From: Polyangiaceae bacterium
GTDB lineage: Bacteria; Myxococcota_A; Polyangia; Polyangiales; Polyangiaceae
DNA: 64,000 nucleotides
Reading direction: 5' to 3'
Assembly: GCA_044376115.1 (NCBI GenBank)
Contig: JBILLK010000015.1
Span: forward strand, 160,001 to 224,000
Every line of letters begins with the position of its first letter. The stretch's first letter is position 1. The notes below the pieces were generated by a model, which had not been told where the DNA came from, searched no databases, and saw only the letters and a program-made list of their open reading frames with translations. The position numbers and the translations under genes are program-made. Positions 55,630 through 64,000 of the stretch are shown in pieces.

Positions 55630-55769
55630 GGATTGAGCCGACAGACTCGAGCGCGCGTTGAAGATTATTACGGTTAGTATTGTGACCAGCCAGAGCTGGA
55701 CGCGGAGTGTCCACCTCACGTGCGCTGCCGGATACTTCCGCACGAACCTATGTCGCATAGTAGCGCGCT

Positions 55770-55944
55770 CTCCCAAGCCCCGCGGGGACCGGGGGCTTCT
55801 CCCGTCGCGCACGCTCTGTCCCGGGCTTGGGTCATAAGGCGGTTACCTAGGCTCTGGATCGTTTGGTCGCTTCGACCGGCCCAAGCCCGTAACAGATCCT
55901 GCGCTTGGGAGGGAGAAGCCCCCGGTCCCCGCGGGGCTTGGGAG
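55770..55944. repeat. REPIN-like long hairpin with perfect 34-bp inverted arms
   Basis: 55770-55803 is the exact reverse complement of 55911-55944; inner imperfect arms also pair. Confidence 0.92.
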
Positions 55945-55950
55945 GTCCTT

Positions 55951-56322
55951 ATGCGCTCATTTCCAAAGCCTCGTGCTCGTTCATCCGCCCTCACCGCCAG
56001 TCGTGCGGCCAGTATGCGCTCTTCGCCCACTCTTTCGGAGGCGCGGCTGTGGGAGTCGCTTCGCGGTTCACGGCTGGGAGTGCCGTTTCGCCGGCAGGTT
56101 CCAGTGGGCCGGTACATCGCTGACTTCCTGGCTCCTTCCGCCAAGCTCGTTGTGGAGGTGGACGGCGGGTATCACGCTGAGCGCGCCGCGGCGGACGCCC
56201 GCAGAGATAGAGACCTTGAGCGTCTTGGCTTTAGCGTGCTTCGGGTCTCGCATGACGCCGTCATGAATCAGCTGGAGGCCGTGCTCGCCTTGGTGCGGCG
56301 GGCGCTTGGCCTGGCGCATTAG
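55951..56322 (+). CDS. DUF559 (Vsr-like) endonuclease domain protein
   Basis: T.SE..LW..LR, FRRQVPVGRYIADF, LVVEVDGGYH, D..RD..L...GF.VLR; GGAGG RBS at 55941. Confidence 0.92.
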   Translation: MRSFPKPRARSSALTASRAASMRSSPTLSEARLWESLRGSRLGVPFRRQVPVGRYIADFLAPSAKLVVEVDGGYHAERAAADARRDRDLERLGFSVLRVSHDAVMNQLEAVLALVRRALGLAH

Positions 56323-56981
56323 GCCTTGTCGGCCTGAGGGCCGAGGTCTTTGGCACGTAGCCGATTGCGCACTACATCGCCGGCGCGCTCAATCATGCGC
56401 TGCAACGTGCGCTGGTTAACGCCGGTATCGGCGATGATCTCACGGTGGGTCTTGCCGTTGATGACGTGCGCAAAGAACACCGTCCGATCCGCTGGTTCAA
56501 CACCTTCGAGTGCCTGCAGTACCTCCCGCTCCGCTTCACGCGCTAGGATCGTCTCCTCACCGAACGCTGCCCGCACGGCGGCTTCACACAGAAAGCCGCA
56601 AGCCACACGTTCGAGAGCCGCGACGATGTCGGCGCGCTCATCCCCTAGTTGCGCAGAGAGCGCTTCTTCCAACGAGGCTTCACGTGGGCTTGGGATCTGA
56701 CTGACTTGCCGTTCGCTGAAGCGTATTAACGAGCGTTGCGCCCTGTATTCACGGCCCATCGTTCTCAGCAACGCCCCGCGAATAGCTAGCCGAGCAAACG
56801 GCTCGAACTCTCCGGCCTCCTCGCGGTAGCGCAGTACAGCCAAGCTCAGTGCCTCATACCCTGCGGAGCGCAGCTCAGCGCGCATGGTCTCGTCTGTGCG
56901 CAGGCCAAGGGCCATCCGGTCCACGATTGGCTTGAGCCGAGCAACCATAGCCTGTTGAGCGGGCGTCAGCGCTTGCGTCAA
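56319..56981 (-). CDS. Sigma-70 family RNA polymerase sigma factor
   Basis: ELRSAGYEAL..A..RY....G.FEPFA...IRGA (region 2); L...DR.VF......T..EI...G (region 4). Confidence 0.8.
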   Translation of the reverse strand: MTQALTPAQQAMVARLKPIVDRMALGLRTDETMRAELRSAGYEALSLAVLRYREEAGEFEPFARLAIRGALLRTMGREYRAQRSLIRFSERQVSQIPSPREASLEEALSAQLGDERADIVAALERVACGFLCEAAVRAAFGEETILAREAEREVLQALEGVEPADRTVFFAHVINGKTHREIIADTGVNQRTLQRMIERAGDVVRNRLRAKDLGPQADKA

Positions 56982-57256
56982 CGGGACTTGCCCTTCGCCG
57001 AGTTGCCCTCCGACCGGAGGATTTCCCCGCTTCGATCGACGACGGGTGCTGGCAGGAGCCGTTCAAGCATCCCCTCCCCCTCTACACTGCCAAGCAGCTG
57101 CAAGACCAGCTCAGCACGCAGGAGCGCCAAACCTTCCTCACTCAAGTGCTCAGCAAAGGGAACGAGGGCTTGCTCAGCGAGCTCATTTGCGAGCGCTGCC
57201 CGCTGCTCCGAGTCCTTTTGCTGTTCAGGCGTCCATTCCTCAGCCGGAAGACTCAA
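56978..57256 (-). CDS. Small acidic hypothetical protein coupled to the sigma factor
   Basis: GAGGTG RBS, TTG start, 4-nt overlap with the sigma gene. Confidence 0.6.
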   Translation of the reverse strand: MSLPAEEWTPEQQKDSEQRAALANELAEQALVPFAEHLSEEGLALLRAELVLQLLGSVEGEGMLERLLPAPVVDRSGEILRSEGNSAKGKSR

Positions 57257-57344
57257 CGCAACACCTCACTTGCATAGTTACTCCGTCAGCAAAGAAGTGG
57301 ACAGAAGCTGTCCAGTTTTTTGACCTGAAGGTAAATACGTTTGG

Positions 57345-58598
57345 GTGTCGCCATCCACTGGGTCTGCGGAGTCTGCGCTTCAGCTTGCCGCTCGAGAGCT
57401 CGCTCAGTCTCGTTATGCTCCGCTAACGCACTTGGCCTCTGGGTCCTTCGGGGACGTATTCGTCGTGCGCCACCGAGATCTCGATACTGAGTTGGTCTTG
57501 AAGCTGCTCAAGCCCGAGTTCAAGACGCACACCGACATCGTTGAGCGCTTGAAGGTGGAGGCGCGCATTCTGACGCGGTTCAGCCACGAGAACTTGATGC
57601 GGGTCACGGACTTTGGTTGGGCGCTGAGCGGTCAGCCGTTCCTGGTTTCTGAGAAGCTGCATGGGGAAACGCTGCAAGACCGTCTTAAACGTGAACGCGC
57701 TCTGCCGTTGGCCCTCGCCATCGATTTCGCGAAGCAGCTGCTTCGCGGCCTCGCCGTCGTGCATGAGGCGAGGTTGGTGCATCGCGACATCAAGCCAGCC
57801 AACCTCTTTCTTGCGCAGCAAAACGCAGGTGCGGTGGTGTTGAAGATTCTCGATTTCGGAATCGCCAAGATTCTCGACCCGGAGGAGGGCGCCTCCTTCG
57901 GCCGTCACATTCAGACGGCGGAAGGCATGGTGCTTGGAACGCCTGCCTTTCTTGCACCCGAGCAGATCCTTGGCCGCCCTGTTGATGCACGCACGGACCT
58001 GTACGCAAGCGCGGGAGTGCTCTTTCGCATGCTTACAGGAAGGCCTGTCTTTACAGCCTCCTCGCAAGAAGAACTAATCCTGTCGCACATTCAGCAAGTG
58101 CCCGATCTGGTCTCACAACACGTGGGCTACCCAGTTCCCCCGGGAGTGGACGAGGCGATTGCAACAGCCTTCTCCAAGGCACCAGCCGCGCGTTTCCAGA
58201 CCGCGCATGAGTTCATTGCCGCATTGGACCAAGCGATGGTCAGCTCCGTAAAGGCCAAGCCAGGCAACACACTTCGGCTTCCCTCAAGTCCAACCGAGTG
58301 GACGGCGCAAGCGATGCCCGCACCGGGGGCGCTGCGCTTTCATGGGGAGGACCCCGAGGAGGGCACGGTGTATTCAACGCAACCGCTTCGCGAAGCCGAA
58401 CCCGTGAAGGCAGCACCGCCGGCCGCCGTCCCGAGGTCCCCTGCAAATCCGCCCATCAGCTCCATTCAACCCAAGGCCACAACCACCCCGATTGAATCAA
58501 CGTCAGCCCAGCCCTCCTACGTTGTGGCAATCCTCGCAGTAACCGTCGGCGTCTTGGCGGTGCTCGTCCTTGTGCTCGGCGTCCTCCACTTTGGATAG
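57345..58598 (+). CDS. Hanks-type Ser/Thr kinase with C-terminal TM helix
   Basis: ASGSFGDVF, VLKLL, HRDIKPAN, DFG, GTPAFLAPE. Confidence 0.93.
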   Translation: MSPSTGSAESALQLAARELAQSRYAPLTHLASGSFGDVFVVRHRDLDTELVLKLLKPEFKTHTDIVERLKVEARILTRFSHENLMRVTDFGWALSGQPFLVSEKLHGETLQDRLKRERALPLALAIDFAKQLLRGLAVVHEARLVHRDIKPANLFLAQQNAGAVVLKILDFGIAKILDPEEGASFGRHIQTAEGMVLGTPAFLAPEQILGRPVDARTDLYASAGVLFRMLTGRPVFTASSQEELILSHIQQVPDLVSQHVGYPVPPGVDEAIATAFSKAPAARFQTAHEFIAALDQAMVSSVKAKPGNTLRLPSSPTEWTAQAMPAPGALRFHGEDPEEGTVYSTQPLREAEPVKAAPPAAVPRSPANPPISSIQPKATTTPIESTSAQPSYVVAILAVTVGVLAVLVLVLGVLHFG

Positions 58599-58689
58599 CA
58601 TGCTGACGCTCGCCTCCCCTTCGCCACGCTTGGGTCTTTGGGCTACCGCCCGATTCGGTTTATCGCTCTTGAACGACGCCTCCTCACCC

Positions 58690-60519
58690 ATGACTGACGA
58701 CGACGGAGAGCCGCTCGTCTGCGCGCCCGGACAGATCTACGGCGGCTGCGAGATCGTGCGCTTCATGGCGGCTGGCGGCACCTGTCAAATCTACGAAGCG
58801 CGTCACGCCATCATGCAGCGCCGCGTGGCAATCAAGGTGCAGAAGGCCCACTTGCGCAGCAACGGCAAGCGCTCGCACCGGATCGCCAGTGAGGCCATGG
58901 CGCTGGCTGCGATCGATCACCCCAACGTCGTGCGGGTCTTTCACGCGGACGTTGATGAACGGGTCGGGCTCTACATCGTCCAGGAGTTCTTACAGGGTCG
59001 AGACCTGCGCAGGACAATCGACGATCTCGGCAAGACTGGGCGCAGGTTAGCGATCAAGGTTGCAAGCGCAGTCGCCCTCGAAATAGCCGATGCCATTGGC
59101 TCATTCCATGAAGTGGGGATCCTTCACCGCGACCTGAAGCCCGACAATATTTTCCTCCACGAACGCAAGCCGGGGGATGTGGTTGTGAAGGTGTTGGATC
59201 TCGGTATTGCCAAGTTGCCACAGGGCAAATCCAAGACCACGGATAAGCAGATTGCCGTCGGCACCCTGCCTTACATGGCGCCCGAGCAACTCCTCGAGGG
59301 CGTGTCCTCGGCTCAGTCGGATGTCTACGCTTTGGCCTTGGTCTATGACGAGATGCTCTCGGGCAAACACGCGTTCTCCCCTGGCTCAGCCGTACTAAAT
59401 CCGGCGCTTCGGGATTCGGTGATCCGCGCTCGCATTCTCGGCGGTATCTACGACCCGCTCAGCGTGCGTGTTTCAGGCTTTCCGCGACCACTCAGTGATT
59501 TCGTAGGCCGCTGTTTGGCGCGCTCGCCAAGCGATCGTCCTGCGACCATGCTGGCCTTCGCAGACGAGCTGCGTCGAGTCGTACGAAGTCTCGACGAAGT
59601 GCCCAGCGAGGCGAAGGCGCCGCCGGCGGCCGCAACGCCACCAGCTGCGACAGCGCGCACGGAGGGGCCAGACGAATCCACTCAGCGCACGGCAGCTACG
59701 CCAACGTCCGCCCTCAATGGCCAGCGGCCGAAGCCAGCGGGTGGGACGGATCGTATTACGCCTGCGGCTCCCGCAAGGAAGTCTGCGGAGAGCAACAACG
59801 CTCCTCTGTTGCCGCCGTTCGCGGTGCCGCTCGCAAGCAAACTTGAGGTGCCAAGTTTCGTATTGACGCATGCGCCCGGAGCTTGGCGCTTCTTGCGTAT
59901 CCCGTTGCTGCTAAAGCCGAGCGCAAGCGTGCTGGCGCGAGGGCTGATGAACTTCGGGCAAGACGGTGAAGTTCCTCTCCCCGGGCTGCCTCGCATGCTG
60001 GTGCAGGAGAACCATGAGGGTGACTTCTACGCCATGTCTTCCCAGGCGGAGCTCGAGGGGGTTGATTCGCGCAAGCCACTGCGTGCTTACGCAACGTTCA
60101 AGCTCGGCCCCTATACTTTTACCTTCGTTCCGCCCACACCCAACGGACTCGGAATTCCACCTGACTACGAAAAGCTCACGGTACCTCGGGATACGCCACT
60201 CCACGGCCCTTCGCTGCTAATCAAAGCGGGGCACAAGCTGACAGTCGACCGAGTGTTTCCTTTGCGTGGTGCACGGCAACGCGTGGGAGGCGAGGTGGAT
60301 CTCGAAGTGCCGCTGTTCCGCTTGAACGTTGCGCTCGCAGCCACGCTTGACTGGAACCCGCATGAAGGTGCGTTCGTCGTTACGCGTAGCCCCGCAGCGG
60401 CTGGCGTACGGCTAAGCGGTTCACGTGCGGATCAGGGCTTGCTTGCCCCATTCGGCGCTATCGAAGTAGACGGGTGGCACTTGGTTCTTCTACCAGCCCA
60501 ACAAGGGAGGCGCGCATGA
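58690..60519 (+). CDS. Hanks-type Ser/Thr kinase with possible degenerate FHA-like C-terminal domains
   Basis: VAIKV, HRDLKPDN, DLG, GTLPYMAPE; two beta-rich C-terminal blocks; start estimated at ATG 58690. Confidence 0.88.
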   Translation: MTDDDGEPLVCAPGQIYGGCEIVRFMAAGGTCQIYEARHAIMQRRVAIKVQKAHLRSNGKRSHRIASEAMALAAIDHPNVVRVFHADVDERVGLYIVQEFLQGRDLRRTIDDLGKTGRRLAIKVASAVALEIADAIGSFHEVGILHRDLKPDNIFLHERKPGDVVVKVLDLGIAKLPQGKSKTTDKQIAVGTLPYMAPEQLLEGVSSAQSDVYALALVYDEMLSGKHAFSPGSAVLNPALRDSVIRARILGGIYDPLSVRVSGFPRPLSDFVGRCLARSPSDRPATMLAFADELRRVVRSLDEVPSEAKAPPAAATPPAATARTEGPDESTQRTAATPTSALNGQRPKPAGGTDRITPAAPARKSAESNNAPLLPPFAVPLASKLEVPSFVLTHAPGAWRFLRIPLLLKPSASVLARGLMNFGQDGEVPLPGLPRMLVQENHEGDFYAMSSQAELEGVDSRKPLRAYATFKLGPYTFTFVPPTPNGLGIPPDYEKLTVPRDTPLHGPSLLIKAGHKLTVDRVFPLRGARQRVGGEVDLEVPLFRLNVALAATLDWNPHEGAFVVTRSPAAAGVRLSGSRADQGLLAPFGAIEVDGWHLVLLPAQQGRRA

Positions 60520-61157
60520 CGAAGCCAGAGCGGCACGACACGGCGGAGAACCTCCTTTCACCTGAGGCTGTTGAGCGCGCCTTGGCGGGGAAAGCCAGCA
60601 AGGAGAAGGCGCAAGCTTTCCAGGAGCGCCTGCAAGACAACCCCGATGCGCGTCAGGCGCTCGAACGATTCAACAAGCTCGGGGACACGCAAAACCCTCG
60701 TCACTCCGGCTTGCAACGCCTTGAACAGAGTCCAAGCGCCGTTGCTCCTCGCGCGGCCGTAGCCCAACCCGCAGCGCTCAAACCGACGCGCAATCAGCGT
60801 TTGTTTTTCATCGTCGCGCTGGCCCTGCTGTTGCTGCTGCTGGGCTTGTTGACGCTGCTACTGACGGGCGCACTCGATTCCGCGCCCAGCCAGCCCAACC
60901 AGAGTGCTGACGTAACTGCCTCGCTACCAAAACTACCTTCTCCAACAGGCTCCGTCACGCCGACCGCAACGAGCCCATTGACGGCTACAACACCGACGGC
61001 GAGCGCGGTCCCGCTTCTCACGACTCCAGCTCCAACGGCCCTGCCCTCGGCTACGAGCTCGCCCCAACCCAAAACCAGCGCCGCACCTGCCGTGACAAGC
61101 CCACAGCCGACCAGCACGCCGACTTCCAAACTCTTCTTCCCTGACCAGAATCGATGA
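60516..61157 (+). CDS. Single-pass membrane protein with Pro/Thr-rich tail (possible anti-sigma)
   Basis: ATGA overlaps at both ends; poly-Leu TM helix. Confidence 0.65.
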   Translation: MTKPERHDTAENLLSPEAVERALAGKASKEKAQAFQERLQDNPDARQALERFNKLGDTQNPRHSGLQRLEQSPSAVAPRAAVAQPAALKPTRNQRLFFIVALALLLLLLGLLTLLLTGALDSAPSQPNQSADVTASLPKLPSPTGSVTPTATSPLTATTPTASAVPLLTTPAPTALPSATSSPQPKTSAAPAVTSPQPTSTPTSKLFFPDQNR

Positions 61158-62167
61158 AGACTTCCTCTTACTTCGCAGCTGCCGTGATCGCTCTTAGTAC
61201 GCTGTCTCAAGCGAGGATTGCTGAGGCGGATGAGACGCCGCTCGCCGATGCCAAAGAGCTGGAGAAGGCCGACCGGCTGTTCCGAGAAGGTAATGCCGCA
61301 TTTGACGCCAAGGATTTTACGAAGGCGCGCGCGCTTTATCTTGAAGCTTACGCCATCAAGAAGACCTACGACATTGCCGGCCATCTTGGCTTGACCGAGA
61401 TGGAGCTAAAGCTCTACCGCCCTGCAGCCGAGCACCTCGCCACCTCGCTGCGCAATGCTCCGCCGCATCAGGGAAAAAAGCCGTTCGAGGCGGTGATTCG
61501 GGAACTGGAGCGAGCCAAGAAGGAAGTGGCGACGGTTAAGCTTGAGGCTCCGGCAGGTGCCATCTTGTTTGTTGATGGCGTGGAAGTAGCCAAAGCGCCA
61601 TTTACTCACGAGGTATTTCTCGAAGCTGGAAGCCATACCTTTGAAGCCAAAGCCCCGAATCAGAAAGGCACTGAGCAGAGAGAGCTCTCGAAGGGGGACA
61701 CGCTCACGGTCAGTTTGAAGCTCCTCGACCTTCCTGCCGGACCTTCAACGGAACCGGTTAAGAAGCCACCGATCCAACCCCCGGTGGAAGAGGGTCGCCC
61801 GATGTGGCCAGGCTGGGTACTTGGGGGTACTGGCTTGGCGCTGGCGGGCGTTGGAGGAGCCTTGCTTGGTATAGGGCAAAGCAAGCTTGCCGATGCAGAG
61901 ACCGTCGGCGGGGAGATTGCTGCGCTTGGCGGCACCTGTGAGCCAGCCGTTGGTCCCGGCTCCGAACGTTGCGCCGAGGCCGTCGACACCATCGATAGCG
62001 GTGACACCCTCTCAACCGCTGGCGTTGTACTCGTTGGTGTTGGTGGAGCGATGTTGATTGGCGGGATTATCTACTTGGTTATCCCCGATGCCGAGCCGGC
62101 AAAGGCTGCCCTTGTACCGTGGGCAACCCCCGACGGCGCTGGGCTCGTTGTGCAAGGAGCTTTTTGA
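61154..62167 (+). CDS. Secreted TPR + PEGA domain membrane protein
   Basis: Signal peptide, A..LF.EG..AF, GA.LFVDG...G.H, two Gly-rich TM segments. Confidence 0.82.
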   Translation: MKTSSYFAAAVIALSTLSQARIAEADETPLADAKELEKADRLFREGNAAFDAKDFTKARALYLEAYAIKKTYDIAGHLGLTEMELKLYRPAAEHLATSLRNAPPHQGKKPFEAVIRELERAKKEVATVKLEAPAGAILFVDGVEVAKAPFTHEVFLEAGSHTFEAKAPNQKGTEQRELSKGDTLTVSLKLLDLPAGPSTEPVKKPPIQPPVEEGRPMWPGWVLGGTGLALAGVGGALLGIGQSKLADAETVGGEIAALGGTCEPAVGPGSERCAEAVDTIDSGDTLSTAGVVLVGVGGAMLIGGIIYLVIPDAEPAKAALVPWATPDGAGLVVQGAF

Positions 62168-62168
62168 T

Positions 62169-63776
62169 ATGCGATCCATCGGATGCAACGTTCTTATGCT
62201 GGCAGGCTTCTGCCTCGCTGCGTCTGCCTGCAAAACGGAAAGGTGCGATCTGCTTCCGTGCACCATCAACGACGATGGAACCGCTGGCTTTGCGGGCTCC
62301 GGTGGAATTGGCGCGCAAGGCGGGAGCGGCGGAGCTAATGGTGGCGGTGGCGCGGGTGGGATGGGCGGGATGGGAGCGGGCGGGACGGGCGGCGCTGCGG
62401 CGGGTTGTGTCCCGAATGAACTAGCTGCCGGGGAAAGCCTGGATGCGAGTTGCGGCGTGTTCGTCGACTTTGCTGGCTCTGGCGCGGGTACCAAAGACGC
62501 GCCGACCAATGACTTGCAGGCGGCTCTGCAGCAAGCCCAAGCCGGCAAAGCGGTCTACATCTGTGGCACCGACACGTTCACCGGCAGCTTTACCCTTGAG
62601 GGCGGCATATCCATCTATGGCGCGCTCAATTGCGATTGGACCTTCAACGCAGCCGCAAAGCCCAAGCTCGTTGGCAACGTCGACGTTCCGACTCTCGTGC
62701 TCACGGGCGCGGGTGCCACGCGGCTCGAAGACCTCGAGCTTGAAAACCCCAATGCTCTTGCTCCTGGAGCCTCCAGCATTGGACTACTCGTTAGTGAAAC
62801 CACGCTAAACGCCGCTCGCTTGAGGATCTCCACCGGCAACGGCGCCGCGGGCGCAGCTGGCGTTGCTCCGGGTGGAACGGGGACCCTCGGCGGCAACGGT
62901 ACCGTCGGCGGCGCCGGGTGCGTTAGCGCCCAAAGCGTACCGGGCGGAGCCGGGAGCGTGAACATGTGTGGTGGAGGCGTTCTCAGCGCTGGCGGAGATG
63001 GTGGCAACGGGAACGTACTCGCAGGAGGCAACGGAACGGCTGGCGACGCAAACCCACCGAATCCCGCTGCAATAGCCAACGCTGGCTCGGGAGATCCAGG
63101 ACCCGGGACCTGCACACCTGGTGGAAATGGTGCCGCAGGGCAACCAGGCGGGGTTGGGCTCGGCGGTGGTGGACTTGGCGTAGTCACCACCAGCGGATTT
63201 AGCAGCGTGGACGGACAGGCGGGACAGTCTGCAGGCGGACCTGGGCAAGGCGGGGGCGGAGGCGGGGGCGCGCGTGGCGCGGACGTTTGCGTAGGTAATG
63301 CCGCGGCTTCAGGTGGAGGCGGCGGAGCCGGTGGCTGCGGCGGAGCTCCAGGCAGCGGCGGGGGCGGAGGCGGTTCCTCGATCTCCATCGTTGTGTTCAA
63401 CGCAGCGTTCAACGGTGACGGGCTTGAACTCTTCACGCAAACCGGTGGCGTTGGTGGGGCCGGTAGCTCGGGCCAACCCGGCGGCGGCGGTGGGCAACCC
63501 GGACTTGGAGGTGCCAATGGCGGCTGCGCTGGCGGTCAAGGTGGGCAAGGCGGCCGCGGCGGAGCGGGCGGCGGCGGCCTTGGTGGGCACAGCCTCGGCA
63601 TTGCCATTCAATCCAATTCCGAACCGACCTTAACCAACTCAACACACACTATCGGCAACCCGGGAGCCGCTGGTCTCGGCGGCAACGGTGGACCCAACAA
63701 CCTCGGCGGAACTGGGGATCCCGGCCAGCGTTGCCTGGTCCTGGATTTTGATACCGCCGACTGTATTCAGCCGTAG
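62169..63776 (+). CDS. Gly-rich (PGRS-like) lipoprotein
   Basis: Lipobox ASAC; G.GTK.AP...LQ.AL, ISIYG; long GG.GG.G tracts. Confidence 0.8.
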   Translation: MRSIGCNVLMLAGFCLAASACKTERCDLLPCTINDDGTAGFAGSGGIGAQGGSGGANGGGGAGGMGGMGAGGTGGAAAGCVPNELAAGESLDASCGVFVDFAGSGAGTKDAPTNDLQAALQQAQAGKAVYICGTDTFTGSFTLEGGISIYGALNCDWTFNAAAKPKLVGNVDVPTLVLTGAGATRLEDLELENPNALAPGASSIGLLVSETTLNAARLRISTGNGAAGAAGVAPGGTGTLGGNGTVGGAGCVSAQSVPGGAGSVNMCGGGVLSAGGDGGNGNVLAGGNGTAGDANPPNPAAIANAGSGDPGPGTCTPGGNGAAGQPGGVGLGGGGLGVVTTSGFSSVDGQAGQSAGGPGQGGGGGGGARGADVCVGNAAASGGGGGAGGCGGAPGSGGGGGGSSISIVVFNAAFNGDGLELFTQTGGVGGAGSSGQPGGGGGQPGLGGANGGCAGGQGGQGGRGGAGGGGLGGHSLGIAIQSNSEPTLTNSTHTIGNPGAAGLGGNGGPNNLGGTGDPGQRCLVLDFDTADCIQP

Positions 63777-63788
63777 AGACTGCGATCC

Positions 63789-64000
63789 ATGCGTGTTCAC
63801 ACTATCGCAACCAGCTTGCTCACGATTTTACTGACAATCGGCTGCGCGGATGATTCCGTTTGCGCGGCCGCAAGCTGCGCGGGAGTTGGGGGCTTTGCGG
63901 GCTCCGGTGGGATTGGCGCGCAAGGCGGGAGCGGCGGAGCCAATGGTGGCGGTGGCGCGGGCGGGATTGGCGGTATGGGAGCGGGCGGGACGGGCGGCGC
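63789..64000 (+). CDS. Second Gly-rich lipoprotein paralogue (truncated by window end)
   Basis: MRVHTIATSLLTILLTIGC lipobox; 63891-64000 nearly identical to 62286-62395. Confidence 0.75.
   Translation, partial: MRVHTIATSLLTILLTIGCADDSVCAAASCAGVGGFAGSGGIGAQGGSGGANGGGGAGGIGGMGAGGTGG

Noticed and set aside
55720..55950. 77-aa N-terminal extension of the DUF559 ORF
   Set aside because: It is translation of the palindrome; a GGAGG RBS supports ATG 55951

Overview
GC-rich window that looks like a Myxococcota (Polyangiaceae/Sorangium-like) chromosome, inferred from its Hanks-type kinases, giant TPR protein, Cys/Gly-rich lipoproteins, MYXO-CTERM-like tail and PEGA protein. 1-44.6 kb is mostly intact genes: a Ser/Thr kinase, HU, a 3859-aa TPR protein, a lipid SDR/kinase trio, a fused XdhA-XdhB, a Pycsar-effector-like + exported PEP-synthase-N + NTT-transporter cluster, and a sulfane-sulfur operon with sigma54-type promoters. 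44.8-56.3 kb is a decayed contact-dependent toxin island. It holds two vgrG relics, an intact gene for a COMM-domain (COMMD-like) protein coupled to the second relic, an Rpn-like gene, and an Rhs toxin-tip/immunity array. That array is cut by three copies of an unnamed 232-243 bp structured element and flanked by a DUF559 gene behind a REPIN-like hairpin. 56.3-64 kb is a sigma factor / kinase / PEGA / Gly-rich lipoprotein module. Best novelty candidates: the vgrG-coupled COMMD-like gene, the 243-bp element at Rhs breakpoints, and the cyclase-less Pycsar-TM module. Many genes appear leaderless. All family calls come from motif recognition by eye; no searches were run.
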